Below, piece after piece: positions 31,640 through 42,525 of a stretch of 64,000 nt of DNA (positions are counted from its first letter, which is position 1; every line of letters begins with the position of its first letter). Under the pieces are notes generated by a model. The model was given only the letters and a program-made list of their open reading frames with translations, searched no databases and was not told where the DNA came from. The stretch is from an uncultured delta proteobacterium (lineage in GTDB: Bacteria > Desulfobacterota > RBG-13-43-22). The stretch is from NCBI GenBank assembly GCA_963802945.1, contig CAWDKY010000028.1, positions 96,001-160,000 of the forward strand, read 5' to 3'. A program made the position numbers and the translations under genes.

Positions 31640-33068
31640 TTAAAAGGCTTCTCTTAGAAGATCCCGCTTGGTTTTCATCAATTGCTTGCTCAGTCTGATA
31701 GGATAGATACGAGGATTTTTAAAGCGTTTGAATTCGGAACCCAATTGTTCTAAATTTTGTCGACTATTTTCCTGTATCTTTTTTAAGGACGGTTTACGAT
31801 AAACCAATCGGCCTTCTCGAAAAATCGGAATCAGTAAATCCTGCCTTGAGAATTTGGGAGGAATAACCTTGCTGACATGGGGAGTGGTGGGATGATAAAC
31901 CCGCAATGGCTTTGTCTCTAATTTTTCTTCCTCCAGAAACATGACATCGCCTTGCATCAAACCCGAATCATCAAAAAACCGGATTACCTTTTTCATGCCG
32001 GGATTGGTTATCTTTTCCGGATTATCCGACCGTTTAATTTTGGGTTGCATCCGTCCGTTTTCCTCTATGGCCGTAAGCTTATAGACGCCGCCCAGGGCTG
32101 GGGTAGAGTAAGCGGTTACCAGTTTGGTTCCCACCCCCCAGGAATCAATCCGTCCTCCTTGCTTCTTGATACTTTTGATAATCCATTCATCCAGGTCACT
32201 GGAGGCGAAAATCTTGGCCTCATTAAATACCTTCCCTATCCAGCATTTTTCTGGCTTCTTTGCTTAAGTAAGCCAGGTCTCCACTGTCAAGACGAATGCC
32301 TTTCAATACCCCTTTACCCTGGGCTTTTAATTCCTTGCCGATTTTAATGGCATTAGGTATTCCGCTTTTCAGGGTATCGTAGGTATCCACCAATAACAAG
32401 CACTCCTTTGGATACACCCGGCAATAGGCCCGGAAAGCTTCTAATTCCGAAGGAAAGGATTCGATCCAGCTATGGGCTACGGTCCCGCGAACCGGTAGGT
32501 CGAATAATTTTCCGGCCAGGATATTGGATGTACCCTGGGCCCCGCCGATAAAAGCCGCTCTGGCGGCCCCAATGGCCGCATCCGGCCCATGAGCGCGTCT
32601 GAGACCGAATTCAATCACCGGATCTCCTTTAGCGGCCGTACAAACCCTGGAAGCCTTGGTGGCGATCAGGGTTTGGAAATTCATAATGTTAAGCAAGGCT
32701 GATTCAAGGAATTGGGCTTCAGGTAAAGGGGCCGTGACCCGGATGATGGGTTCATAAGGAAAAACAACCGTGCCTTCCGGCATGGCAAAAAGGTCACCGG
32801 TAAAGCGAAACTTTTTCAAATACCGGAGGACCTCCTTGGGAAAAATTGCCAAATTTTTTAGGTAGGACAAGTCCTCGGAGGTAAAATGAATATTTTTTAT
32901 ATAATCAACAACCTGCTCAAGGCCGGCGGCAATACAATATCCCCCTTCATCTGGGACCTTGCGAAAGAAGTAGTCAAAATTGGCCCTTTGATTTTCTTTG
33001 CCGTTGACCAGGTATCCGCCGACCATAGTCAGTTCATACATGTCGGTCAATAAAGCGAGATTACGCAT
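31640..33068 (-). CDS. pncB: Nicotinate phosphoribosyltransferase (frameshift near 32225)
   Basis: LLTDMYELTM, EFGLRRAHG, GTVAHSW, LLVDTYDT, IRLDSGDL; continues as GTKLVT...LGGVYKL...KITNPG in ORF 31640-32134. Confidence 0.92.
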
Positions 33069-33142
33069 TCGGCTCTTTCTGCGGAGTGGTTATTTTTTTT
33101 ATTACATAGTTAATCTCTTTTGTTCAAGGGCTAATTTTTTTA

Positions 33143-33180
33143 TTGACACCCATACAAATGTATGGTATTTGATTCCATAC
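33143..33180 (+). promoter_or_regulatory. lexA promoter with a palindromic operator in the -35/-10 spacer
   Basis: TTGACA 33143-48; CCATACAAATGTATGG 33150-65 with perfect 7-bp arms; extra CCATAC half-site at 33175-80. Confidence 0.75.
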
Positions 33181-33181
33181 C

Positions 33182-33793
33182 ATGCAGACCCTTACGACTC
33201 GGCAAAAACAAATATTGAAATATCTCCGGGAATATCAGGCAGAACACGGCTATCCCCCTTCTTTCCGGGAAACGGCCAGGTTTTTTAAGATCAATCTGGG
33301 CACAGTCCAGGATCATCTAAAAGCCCTGACTCGAAAAGGATACCTGAGCCGGGAAGTCAACCGCTCCCGCGGACTTCATTTGATCCCTCCCTCCGGACCA
33401 TTACGAACCGTGCCTCTCTATGGAGCCATTCCGGCCGGCGATCCCCGGCAGATAGAAGAAGCCGCCGAAGGGTATGTTTCTCTTCCGGAAATCTGGGCCA
33501 GGGGTGCAGAAGTCTTTCTCCTGCGGGTGCGGGGAGAAAGTATGAGCCCTTACATTTTAACCGGAGATCAGGTCATTGTCCGCCGTCAGAGCCAGCTTCC
33601 TCAGGGGGCCGTAGGGGTCTTCCGTATTGGTGAGGAAATCACCTTGAAACGGTTCTACCGAGAAAAAGACAACGTTATCTTAAAAGGGGAGCATCCGGAA
33701 TTTCCTCCCCTGATCCTGAAAGGCCGGGATTTAGCAACCATGAGTATCCTGGGCAAGGTCGTCGGTATTTATCGTCCGATAGAGATAGGGTAG
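33182..33793 (+). CDS. lexA: SOS repressor LexA
   Basis: LTTRQKQIL...GYPPSFRE wHTH; Ala-Gly cleavage site in GAIPAG; catalytic Ser in GESM and Lys in TLKR. Confidence 0.93.
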   Translation: MQTLTTRQKQILKYLREYQAEHGYPPSFRETARFFKINLGTVQDHLKALTRKGYLSREVNRSRGLHLIPPSGPLRTVPLYGAIPAGDPRQIEEAAEGYVSLPEIWARGAEVFLLRVRGESMSPYILTGDQVIVRRQSQLPQGAVGVFRIGEEITLKRFYREKDNVILKGEHPEFPPLILKGRDLATMSILGKVVGIYRPIEIG

Positions 33794-33802
33794 GGGGGTG
33801 GG

Positions 33803-34393
33803 ATGGATTTTCTTCCCTGGCACAAGATGCAGTCCCTGGCCCTTTCAGGAGGCAGCATCCTTTTTTTTGGAGAAGCTATGGCCCGCCTTTCCGCCTACCT
33901 GATGGGCCGGTTATCGTTGCAAGGGAAATCCATCACCCTGGTCAATGCCACCCAATCCTTTGACCCTTATCTGGTGGCCAGGGTGGGCCGTCTGGCAGGG
34001 ACTCCTCCCCACACCCTTTTGGAGCGGATCCGTCTCAGTCGGGCCTTCACCTGCCATCAACTGGTAACCCTGCTCTGTGAGACCCTTCCCGGACAAGAGA
34101 TTAAAGGCCCCCTTTTTGTACTGGGACCAGGTGTCCTGTTCTATGACGAACAGGTCCCCATAAGGGAAAGGCAGGCCCTTTTTCGTCAGGTGGTCCGCTC
34201 GTTAGTCGTCATAAAAGAAAGAGGGCAGGGGTGTTACCTTTTCCAAAGTCCCATCGCCCGGCAGTTAAAAAACCGGCATTTTGGAAGAGAGCTGTCTAGG
34301 TCCGTTCAATGGGTTATCCGGGTCAGCCAGGGTGAACAAGGACTGGAAGGAAAATTATATCCTTCCCTTCTCCTTCCCGAAAGAAAGGGGTAG
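33803..34393 (+). CDS. Inactivated RecA/RadA-like ATPase (ImuA/iRadA analogue)
   Basis: FDPY...LERIRLSRAFTCHQL is a RadA-type motif; no Walker A; directly after lexA. Confidence 0.72.
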   Translation: MDFLPWHKMQSLALSGGSILFFGEAMARLSAYLMGRLSLQGKSITLVNATQSFDPYLVARVGRLAGTPPHTLLERIRLSRAFTCHQLVTLLCETLPGQEIKGPLFVLGPGVLFYDEQVPIRERQALFRQVVRSLVVIKERGQGCYLFQSPIARQLKNRHFGRELSRSVQWVIRVSQGEQGLEGKLYPSLLLPERKG

Positions 34394-34395
34394 AG

Positions 34396-34692
34396 ATGGG
34401 AAGAACGGTTTTGCCCTTCAGTCAGATTATAGAGCGGGAATATGCCGACTGGAAAAAATTCCGCCGTGGTTTGCGCCGGGAAGATCAAGTGGTTCTGGAC
34501 CGCCTTTTCGACTTGGCCCGTCTTCACGTCCAGGCTGGCGTCTATGCCTCCCGTCCCTGGCCCCTGGAGACCATCCTGGTATCGATTCTCATTGAACAGG
34601 AAAAAGCCCTGGCCGCTTTGCGAGATGAACTGAAGGGGTTGGAGAATGCCGCCGAAAGAAAGAGTGGGGCTGATATCGACCCGGGATTGTGA
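34396..34692 (+). CDS. Small helical PolB2-associated protein (arCOG07300-like)
   Basis: MGRTVLPF...WKKFRRGLRREDQ...ETILVSILIEQEK resembles the small gene of PolB2 operons. Confidence 0.68.
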   Translation: MGRTVLPFSQIIEREYADWKKFRRGLRREDQVVLDRLFDLARLHVQAGVYASRPWPLETILVSILIEQEKALAALRDELKGLENAAERKSGADIDPGL

Positions 34693-34700
34693 TTCAGAGA

Positions 34701-34730
34701 TTGACATCATTACAGCATGATGGTATGATG
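34701..34730 (+). promoter_or_regulatory. Sigma70 promoter of the TA pair with an overlapping CATCAT/ATGATG operator
   Basis: TTGACA-17 bp-TATGAT; inverted and direct ATGATG repeats. Confidence 0.75.
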
Positions 34731-34759
34731 GCAATTCATAACCATAAGGGGGGTACACC

Positions 34760-35011
34760 ATGAAACGCGCCCAGATCCAATTAGAAGAAGAAACCTTTGA
34801 GGTTTTGCGCCAACGGGCCTTTAAAGAGAAAAAATCCATTGCCGGGATTATTCGAGAGCTTATTCATAAGGAAATAGCCCATCCGGTCCGGGGAAAAAAA
34901 TTATCCGTAAAAGATTTCCGGTTTGTCGGAGCCGGTAAATCCCGGCAAGGATACCTTTCGCCGGTCTCAGAACGACACGACCAGGCCCTGGAGGAGGCGT
35001 TTCGAGAATGA
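34760..35011 (+). CDS. CopG/RHH-type antitoxin (VapB-like)
   Basis: MKRAQIQLEEE...SIAGIIRE RHH; C-terminal SERHD; overlaps the PIN gene (ATGA). Confidence 0.82.
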   Translation: MKRAQIQLEEETFEVLRQRAFKEKKSIAGIIRELIHKEIAHPVRGKKLSVKDFRFVGAGKSRQGYLSPVSERHDQALEEAFRE

Positions 35012-35397
35012 TTTTTTTGGATACATCGGCGATCTACGCCGTGGCGGATAACGCTGATCCAAATCATGCTTCGGCCCTTGAAAAATTCAACCAAGCCTTG
35101 TCTACCGGAGAACCCATTGGTCTTCATAACTATATTCTGGTAGAAAGTGCAGCCTTATTGCAGGCCCGACTTGGCCTCCGGGTGGCTTTGCAGTTTCTAA
35201 AGGAAGCAAACGCCTTTCAGATTGAATGGGTGGATCGCAACCTCCATAAAAAGGCCTTACAGGAACTGGAAAAAATCGGGAAGCGAGGGGTCAGTTTTGT
35301 GGACTGCCTGAGTTTTTTAGTGATGAGACAGAAAGGGATAAAAAGGGTTTTGGCCTTTGATCCCGATTTTGCGGATCAGGGGTTTGTGCTATATTGA
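35008..35397 (+). CDS. vapC: PIN-domain toxin (VapC family)
   Basis: IFLDTSA, ILVES, SFVDCLS, AFDPDF acidic PIN residues. Confidence 0.9.
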   Translation: MIFLDTSAIYAVADNADPNHASALEKFNQALSTGEPIGLHNYILVESAALLQARLGLRVALQFLKEANAFQIEWVDRNLHKKALQELEKIGKRGVSFVDCLSFLVMRQKGIKRVLAFDPDFADQGFVLY

Positions 35398-35681
35398 CGG
35401 GAAAAATATACAAAATCTAATAGGGTTGAATATAGATACAGGCATTGCCAAGGAAAAACCCGGATAACGGTGCTGTAATGGTTAGATTACTGTAAAGAAT
35501 ATGATTGAGAAAGATCTCGACGCCGTACACAAGTGGCTCATTGAGCTTCTGGAGATTTTGTCTCGGATGGATGGTTAAGAAAAAAGGGGTTGGAACTTTA
35601 CAGAACGTTTAAATGATTGACAAGGGAAAGCATAAAGGAATCCATAAAAAATAGCCTGCAGGTGAAAAAGGGAGGCGTGGA

Positions 35682-36731
35682 ATGACCAAGAGCTTCAAAC
35701 CCATCTTTACGATCACTAATCGGATCACGGCCGGGCTGACCCGCATTGAGCGGGCTCGAGGATTCCTGGAGGCCGCGACATTATCCGCGGCCTGGGTGCG
35801 TGAAATGGGCCGCCGCGCTTTGATCCTGGAAGCGCATCATACCACGCATATTGAGGGAACGCGCCTGACGCTGGAGCAGGCCGAGCAACTCCTGGCAGGG
35901 AAGCCGGTTCCCGAGGCCGATCCCAATGACGTACGGGAACTAATGAACTATCGAAAGGCGTTCGAGTTTGTCTCCGCATATCTTGAAGGAGAAGACCCTA
36001 TCACCGAAGGGCTGATCCGGGAAATTCATAAACGCTTGGTGGAAGGGGTCCGGGGTGGATCTGCGGCCCCTGGCGAGTACCGGAAAATTCAAAACTACGT
36101 GGTCAACTCCGTCACCGGAGAAACAATTTATACACCACCTCCTGCCTATGAAGTGCCGATCATGATGGCCGAGTTGGTGAAATGGCTAAACCGCAAACAG
36201 GAAATTCACCCCGTGTTGATGAGCGGCATCTCACAATTCCAGTTTGTACATATCCACCCTTTTTTAGACGGTAACGGCCGGACGTCCCGGTTGCTCTCTA
36301 CCCTTTGTCTCTACCGAGACGGATATGACTTTAAGCGTCTCTTTACGATCAGCGAATACTACGACCGGGACCGGCCTGCTTTCTACCGGGCCATCCAGAG
36401 CGTCCGCGAGAACGGAATGGACCTGACCGGCTGGTTGGAATACTTTGTAGGAGGATTATCCACCCAGCTTACCGAAGTCAGGAGGCGTGGGGAACAGGCC
36501 ATTCGCCGGGATGTACTCATTAAAGAGCACAAACTTTCGGACCGTCAGGCCAAGGCCCTCGGCCACATCCTGGAGCACGGCAGCCTGACCATTCAGGATT
36601 TCGAGCGCCTAAATTCCGATGTCAACCGCCGGTCTTTGCAACGCGATCTGAAGGCCATGGTGGATATAAGGTTGTTGTATTCAGAAGGGTCGACTAACAA
36701 GTTTGTTTATCGGCTTAAGGAGACGGACTGA
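35682..36731 (+). CDS. Fic family AMPylase with C-terminal winged HTH
   Basis: Canonical [12 protein letters not shown]; TTHIEG resembles the inhibitory motif; C-terminal [11 protein letters not shown]. Confidence 0.92.
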   Translation: MTKSFKPIFTITNRITAGLTRIERARGFLEAATLSAAWVREMGRRALILEAHHTTHIEGTRLTLEQAEQLLAGKPVPEADPNDVRELMNYRKAFEFVSAYLEGEDPITEGLIREIHKRLVEGVRGGSAAPGEYRKIQNYVVNSVTGETIYTPPPAYEVPIMMAELVKWLNRKQEIHPVLMSGISQFQFVHIHPFLDGNGRTSRLLSTLCLYRDGYDFKRLFTISEYYDRDRPAFYRAIQSVRENGMDLTGWLEYFVGGLSTQLTEVRRRGEQAIRRDVLIKEHKLSDRQAKALGHILEHGSLTIQDFERLNSDVNRRSLQRDLKAMVDIRLLYSEGSTNKFVYRLKETD

Positions 36732-36732
36732 A

Positions 36733-36774
36733 CTTGCGACAATCTTGCGACATAACTTACGACAAGCACGCGAC
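36733..36774 (+). repeat. Short tandem repeats (CTTGCGACA-like, ~4 copies)
   Basis: CTTGCGACAAT CTTGCGACATAA CTTACGACAAG CACGCGAC directly after the Fic stop. Confidence 0.6.
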
Positions 36775-36859
36775 TCGACTCATGATATCAACATCATTCA
36801 GTACATTCGACCCGTTGAATCCTTATTTCTTTAACTAATCATACCGAACAGTAACTTCC

Positions 36860-39051
36860 ATGATCGCCAAAGGCTGGCTTTTAGATTTATATGTCCAGGG
36901 GGACTTCCTAATCCTCTGGTTTCGGCTTAATTCGGGCGAACTCCTTCGCCTGACTGACTCTTTCAGTTTTCTTTTTTATGCTCAGGGCCCAAAGTTTGCT
37001 TTGCGGATCCTGGAAAAAAAATTGGCCCCTTATATTCGTCATACGGCCTGGACCCGGCGGATCGAGTTCTGGAGCGGTAAGACGATTTCAGTATTGGAAA
37101 TATCGATTCGATCTTTGGAAAAAATTCCTGAGGTCCTGCGCCTTCTGGCCGCCGGGTCGGAAGGCCTGACTTTTTATAACTGCGATCTGGGGATTCCCCA
37201 GTATTATGCCTGGCAGAAAGGCCTTTTCCCTTTATGTTCCTGTGAAATAGAGTGGGAAAGGAATGCCTTGAAACGGGTTACGGTCTTGGATTCTCCCTGG
37301 GGTCTGGATGCCTCGTTTCCTGATCTGAGGGTTATGGAAGTGGAATTGACGGCCCATTCGCAGATTCCTTTAAACAAGGGGAATTCCCTTCGGGTTACTT
37401 TTGATAATACTTCTTTTGATCTGGAGGCCTCAGGGGTAACTGAACTCCTGAAAGAACTGAATCACCTGGTAACTGAATATGACCCGGATCTTTTCCTGTC
37501 ACGCCATGGGGATGCGCAAATTTTTCCCTTCCTCTGGCAGGCTTCCCAAAAGGAAAAAAAGCTTTGCTTCTGGATCGGGACCCCTATCCCCCCAGTCGGA
37601 TGCGAGTAGGGCAGGGGCGCTCTTATTTTTCGTACGAACAGGTCCTCTATCAAAGCACCGCCTTTCTCCTTTACGGTCGACTGCATATCGATCAGAAAAA
37701 CTCCTTTTTCTATCGGGAATCCGGTTTGGAAGGGATTCTTTTTCTATCCCGGTTGACCAAGCTGCCGGTTCAGACCGTGGCACGGGCCACACCGGGCACG
37801 GCCATCACTTCGATGCAATTGGATCAAGCCGTTCAAAAGGGCATTCTCATCCCCTGGAAAAAGGGACGCCCTGAAACCTTTAAGACCGCCTGGGATCTCC
37901 TGGTGTCGGACAAAGGAGGGCTGGTCTTGCAGCCCCCTATCGGGCTTTGGGAACAGGTGGCCGAAATCGATTTTGTTTCTATGTATCCCAATATCATGGT
38001 CCAGCACAACATCTCTCCTGAAACCATGCTTTGCCGCTGCTGTCCTGAGGCCGTCGTTCCGGAAACAGGCTATAACATCTGTCAAAAACGGAAAGGTCTG
38101 GTGCCTGAAACCCTGGAACCGATCCTGGCCCTGAGAGCTGAGCTCAAAGCCCGGGCCCATGCCGGTCACCCTAAAAAGCTCCTTTATCAATCAATGCAAC
38201 AGGCCCTTAAATGGCTACTGGTGACCTGTTTCGGGTATATGGGATATAAAAATGCCCGCTTTGGCTGTATCGAGGCCCATGAGGCCATTACCGCTTTTGG
38301 CCGGGACAAACTCCTTTCAGCCAAGGAAGCGGCCGAAGAGAATGGGTTTCAGGTCCTTCACGGCCTCACGGATTCACTTTGGATCCGCGGACCGGAAATG
38401 ACCCCAGGAAAAATAGAGGCCCTTTTAAAGGAAATCACCAATCGAACCGGGGTGCCGATCAGTCTGGAAGGGATTTATCAGTGGATCGTTTTTCTTCCCT
38501 CAAAGGTTCGAGCTGATCGACCGGTAGCCAATCGATACTTCGGGCTTTTTACCAACGGAAACGTGAAAATACGAGGGATCGACTGTTGCCGCCATGATAC
38601 CCCGTTATTTATAAAAAAAGCGCAGGAAGACCTTCTTCTAACCCTGGCGCAAGCGAATAACCGCTCTGGTTTGGAAAGACGGATTCCAGAGGTCTTGGAA
38701 CGATTTAAAGAGTACGTGTCCTACTTAAAACAAGGCCAGGTCGATCCTCGTGAGCTGGTCATTAACCGTCATGTTGGGAAATCTTGGGAAGAATACCGGG
38801 TAAATACACCAACGCCCCTCGTTCTTCAACAACTCGAATCGGCCGGAATAACTCTCTATCCCGGTCAACGTGTAGGTTACCTTTTAGCAGAAGGATCGGC
38901 TCCTTATTCGTCTGATCAAAAATTAATTCCAGCCCCTTTTTTAAACGGTAAAGAGCGTTATGACCCCCGAGAATACATTGACTTGCTTTTTAAAGCGGTA
39001 CAAGAACTCACTATTGTTTTTAATTATAATATTAATAATATTTATGTTTAA
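36860..39051 (+). CDS. Family B DNA polymerase, PolB2-like (frameshift near 37560)
   Basis: DKGG, motif A DFVSMYPNIM, NISPET, motif B ALKWLLVTCFGYMG, degenerate motif C HGLTDSLW, YFG, KIRGI; exonuclease motifs not evident. Confidence 0.85.
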
Positions 39052-39520
39052 TATCATTAATTACTTTATTTTATTATTATTAAATAAAACAATAATTATA
39101 CTATTTAAATTAGTTAATATAATTAGTTACGTATTTAATGTAATAATTAACTTAATATTTTATATTAATCTTACGTTAATTACATAAAATTTTACTATAT
39201 AGTTATAGTAACTATTTTTTTTGTATCCGGTCCAATAGAATCAACGTAAATAAAATCTTGGACTTAACGGTAATACTTAAGGATGTGATTTCGATTTTAG
39301 AAAAAAATTATTCAAAGAAGGCAACATTGGAAATAACTTTATTAGATTTTGGATAATATTTTTCCTTATATCTACTTATAAAAAATATAAATATTAGTTA
39401 GTTAAGATAAAAAAGTAATAGGGTGATACTCATAATAGTTAATTTTTATGATAATTTTTAATTTGTTTACATAATATATCTTATCAGACATTATAATATG
39501 ATAAAACATATTAACGTTGC
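39015..39520. other. Extremely AT-rich low-complexity tract
   Basis: Long stretches almost free of G/C, especially 39015-39220, starting abruptly at the polymerase 3' end. Confidence 0.8.
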
Positions 39521-39579
39521 TGGTTTAATTCTCTGAAAAGGTTAAAGCTTTGGGCTTGGTTAGGACTTTTTTGAAGTAA

Positions 39580-40236
39580 TCAGCGAGAAACCTGAGATTT
39601 GGAAATATTTTGCGCGGCGGACAGTTTTTCTTCGGGAAGGGTTGATGAAATGGCAAAGCAGAATATCACGGCAGAATTGGCAGCTTGAATCCCGGCAGGG
39701 GCGTTTTCAATAACTAAGCAGTTTATTGTGTCATGTTGTATTTTTTTAAGCGCTTTAAGGTAGGGGTCTGGGAAGGGTTTAAACCTTTTAGTATCATCGG
39801 CCGAGATAATAGCTGCAAAATAGGCTAACTCTTCTTCTTTCCATATTTTTTCAATCAGGTTTCTTCGTGAGCCGGTAACCAAACCCAGCAAAACTCCATT
39901 TCTTTTTAATAGCTTTAATAAAGGAATTGCTTCTGGATACAGCCTAACCTTTGATAAATATTGATTTAAAAACATGGAATTTTTGTTTAAATAAATATCT
40001 ATAATTTTATTATCATCAATAAGATACCCGTTTTCTTTAAATAATTTTTTTATAACTTCTGGCGCCATGGACCCTTCGTGTTCAAAGAGAAATTGATCGG
40101 ATACTTTAATATCTAAAGAGTCAAGTACTTTCTTCCAAGATTCAAGGTGATAATTCATACTATTCACCAAAACACCATCCATATCGAACAAGACCGCTTT
40201 GATTAGGGTATTTTTTGAAATATTTTCAAGTTCCAT
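39580..40236 (-). CDS. HAD-superfamily phosphatase (beta-PGM/CbbY-like)
   Basis: FDMDGVLV, LVTGS, KPFPDPY, VIENAPAG. Confidence 0.88.
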   Translation of the reverse strand: MELENISKNTLIKAVLFDMDGVLVNSMNYHLESWKKVLDSLDIKVSDQFLFEHEGSMAPEVIKKLFKENGYLIDDNKIIDIYLNKNSMFLNQYLSKVRLYPEAIPLLKLLKRNGVLLGLVTGSRRNLIEKIWKEEELAYFAAIISADDTKRFKPFPDPYLKALKKIQHDTINCLVIENAPAGIQAANSAVIFCFAISSTLPEEKLSAAQNISKSQVSR

Positions 40237-40406
40237 GGGGAAAAGTTATATCTGAACCGGAATCGTAAATCAAGCCTAACCCAAGTAAATTAATTGACAC
40301 CCTACCCTCTTTTGTTTAAAAATATAAAAAGCTGTCTTAAATACGTTTATTAAATGTAAGGGCCGGTTTTAAAAACAGCCCTCAATAATCTAGAAGGATT
40401 TTTCTT

Positions 40407-41900
40407 ATGGAACTTCGCGAATTTCCCAAAAATATCCGACCTCATGTCATCCCCAAAATTGGAGGACAGTTGGAATACCGTTGCCTGGGTTGTCAGAAGA
40501 CCTATTCCATTGACAGCCTCTTATATATCTGTCCAGATTGCGGAGGGGTCTTACTTATTCATGATTTGGATGAAAAAAAGAAAAGGAAGCGTTCAGGAAA
40601 ATTATGGCAACAGATTTTTGATTATCGCCGGATGTCCACCATTCCAGCCTTACAGGGAATTTTTTCATTCCATGAGTTTATTGCCCCAATAATACCTCTT
40701 GAACATATTTTTTACTTAGGGGAAGGACATACCCCTTTAGTCGAAGCCAATCAAGAGCTCAAGAACAGGATCGGCCTAAGATTTTCTTTTAAAAATGAAG
40801 GTCAAAACCCGAGTGCTTCCTTTAAGGACCGTGGAATGGCCTGCGCCTTAAGTTATTTAAATTATTTAATTTATAAAAAGCGATTTAAAAATGTTCTGGC
40901 CATTTGTGCTTCTACCGGAGACACATCGGCTTCAGCTGCCCTCTATGCCGCCTATCTTGGTCAGAAAGTCCGGTCGGCTGTGTTGCTTCCAAAAGGGAAA
41001 GTAACTCCCCAACAACTTTCTCAACCCCTAGGCAGCGGGGCCACGGTCCTGGAGATCCCCGGTGTCTTTGATGATTGCATGAAGGTTGTGGAATATCTCT
41101 CTGACCATTATCCGGTGGCTCTTCTCAATTCCAAAAACGCCTGGCGGATTTTAGGGCAGGAATCGTATTCCTTTGAAGTAGCCCAGGCTTTGGATTATCG
41201 GATGGAAGAGACAGTCCTGGTTGTTCCAATCGGCAATGCCGGAAATATTACCGCTATTATTTCAGGATTTTTGAAATTATACCGATATGGGTTGATTTCC
41301 TCTTTGCCCAAGATTATCGGGGTGCAATCCCACCATGCTAATCCGGTCTATCGCTACTATCTTGAGCCTCGTATAGCCAGTCGGGTTTTTAAACCTGTTA
41401 TGGTTAAATCCAGCGTGGCCCAAGCGGCCATGATCGGAAACCCGGTATCCATGCCCAGGGTTATTGAAATGGTTGATCAATATACTCAGATCAGCGGGAA
41501 ACAAAAAATTTTCGTAGTTGAGGTCACAGAACAGGCAATTATGGATCATATGCTTTTGGCTAACCGAAACGGCCATATAGCCTGCACACAGGGAGGTGAA
41601 AGTCTGGCTGGTTTGGTGAAAGCCCTGGCCGAAAAAAAGGTTTCACCTAAAGAAAGGGCTATTCTAAATGCTACAGCCCATTCTTTAAAATTTTCGGGTT
41701 TCCAGGAAATGTATTTCAATAACACCTTCCCGCCCGAATTTGGAATTCATCCCAAGAAAGGATTGCAAAACCATCCGGTTTCTTTGAAATCCAAAAAGCA
41801 AGGACAGATTTCAGTTCCTAGGAAGATTCAATCACCGAAGGAATATCAGAAGTTCGTTGAAAAAATGGCCTTGAAGGTAGTCGGATTATTAGGAATGTGA
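40407..41900 (+). CDS. thrC: Threonine synthase
   Basis: GEGHTPL, KNEGQNPSASFKDRG (PLP lysine), CASTGDTSASAA, PIGNAGN. Confidence 0.92.
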   Translation: MELREFPKNIRPHVIPKIGGQLEYRCLGCQKTYSIDSLLYICPDCGGVLLIHDLDEKKKRKRSGKLWQQIFDYRRMSTIPALQGIFSFHEFIAPIIPLEHIFYLGEGHTPLVEANQELKNRIGLRFSFKNEGQNPSASFKDRGMACALSYLNYLIYKKRFKNVLAICASTGDTSASAALYAAYLGQKVRSAVLLPKGKVTPQQLSQPLGSGATVLEIPGVFDDCMKVVEYLSDHYPVALLNSKNAWRILGQESYSFEVAQALDYRMEETVLVVPIGNAGNITAIISGFLKLYRYGLISSLPKIIGVQSHHANPVYRYYLEPRIASRVFKPVMVKSSVAQAAMIGNPVSMPRVIEMVDQYTQISGKQKIFVVEVTEQAIMDHMLLANRNGHIACTQGGESLAGLVKALAEKKVSPKERAILNATAHSLKFSGFQEMYFNNTFPPEFGIHPKKGLQNHPVSLKSKKQGQISVPRKIQSPKEYQKFVEKMALKVVGLLGM

Positions 41901-41976
41901 GGCATATTTAAACGTTCATCGTTCAGCGTTCGATATCTTCATCCTATAAATAATCACCCCTTCTCTCATTAAATAA

Positions 41977-42447
41977 ATGAAATTTGTAATCGTTACAATT
42001 GGAAAGATTAAAGAAGACTTCATTTTAAAAGGAATTAAGGAGTACAGCCATCGAATAGGACGTTACACCAAATTGGTTTTTTGCCCAATAAAAGAAGAAC
42101 GCCTTACTAAAGGGGCAACGGAGTCTTTGATATTGCAAAAGGAGGGGAAAAGAATATTAACCAAAGTCCCGCATGATGGTTTATGGGTGGCTATGGATCG
42201 TCAGGGACAGGAAATGAATTCCCTTCAACACTTTGAGTTTATCAACAAACAAGCTGAAATCGGGGTAAAAAAAATGTATTATTTAATTGGTGGTCCTTCG
42301 GGGCTTTCCCAAAAAGTTCTAAAACAATCCGACAGACTCCTTTCGCTCTCCCGGATGACTCTGACCCATGAAATGAGCGCCCTTCTCTTAATGGAACAAA
42401 TTTACCGTTATCTGAATTTCATGTCCGGAGAAAAATATCATAAGTGA
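41977..42447 (+). CDS. rlmH: 23S rRNA pseudouridine-1915 methyltransferase
   Basis: IGKIKE, IGGPSGL, LSLSRMTLTHEM...LMEQIYR, C-terminal KYHK. Confidence 0.92.
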   Translation: MKFVIVTIGKIKEDFILKGIKEYSHRIGRYTKLVFCPIKEERLTKGATESLILQKEGKRILTKVPHDGLWVAMDRQGQEMNSLQHFEFINKQAEIGVKKMYYLIGGPSGLSQKVLKQSDRLLSLSRMTLTHEMSALLLMEQIYRYLNFMSGEKYHK

Positions 42448-42525
42448 ACGGTGTAAGGTCCAAGGCAAAAAGACATTGGCTCCCTTACCCTTCACCTTGA
42501 ACCTTGTACCGTGTACCTTACCTTT

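Noticed and set aside
2889-33068. nudC, TIR and pncB as an NAD-centred defence module
   Set aside because: The genes are far apart, separately transcribed, and nudC and pncB are ordinary housekeeping families
38960-39187. 75-aa hydrophobic ORF in the AT-rich tract
   Set aside because: Ile/Asn/Leu bias is explained by base composition; overlaps the polymerase and has no RBS
39015-39520. Replication origin
   Set aside because: No clustered DnaA boxes and no dnaA, dnaN or rep gene nearby
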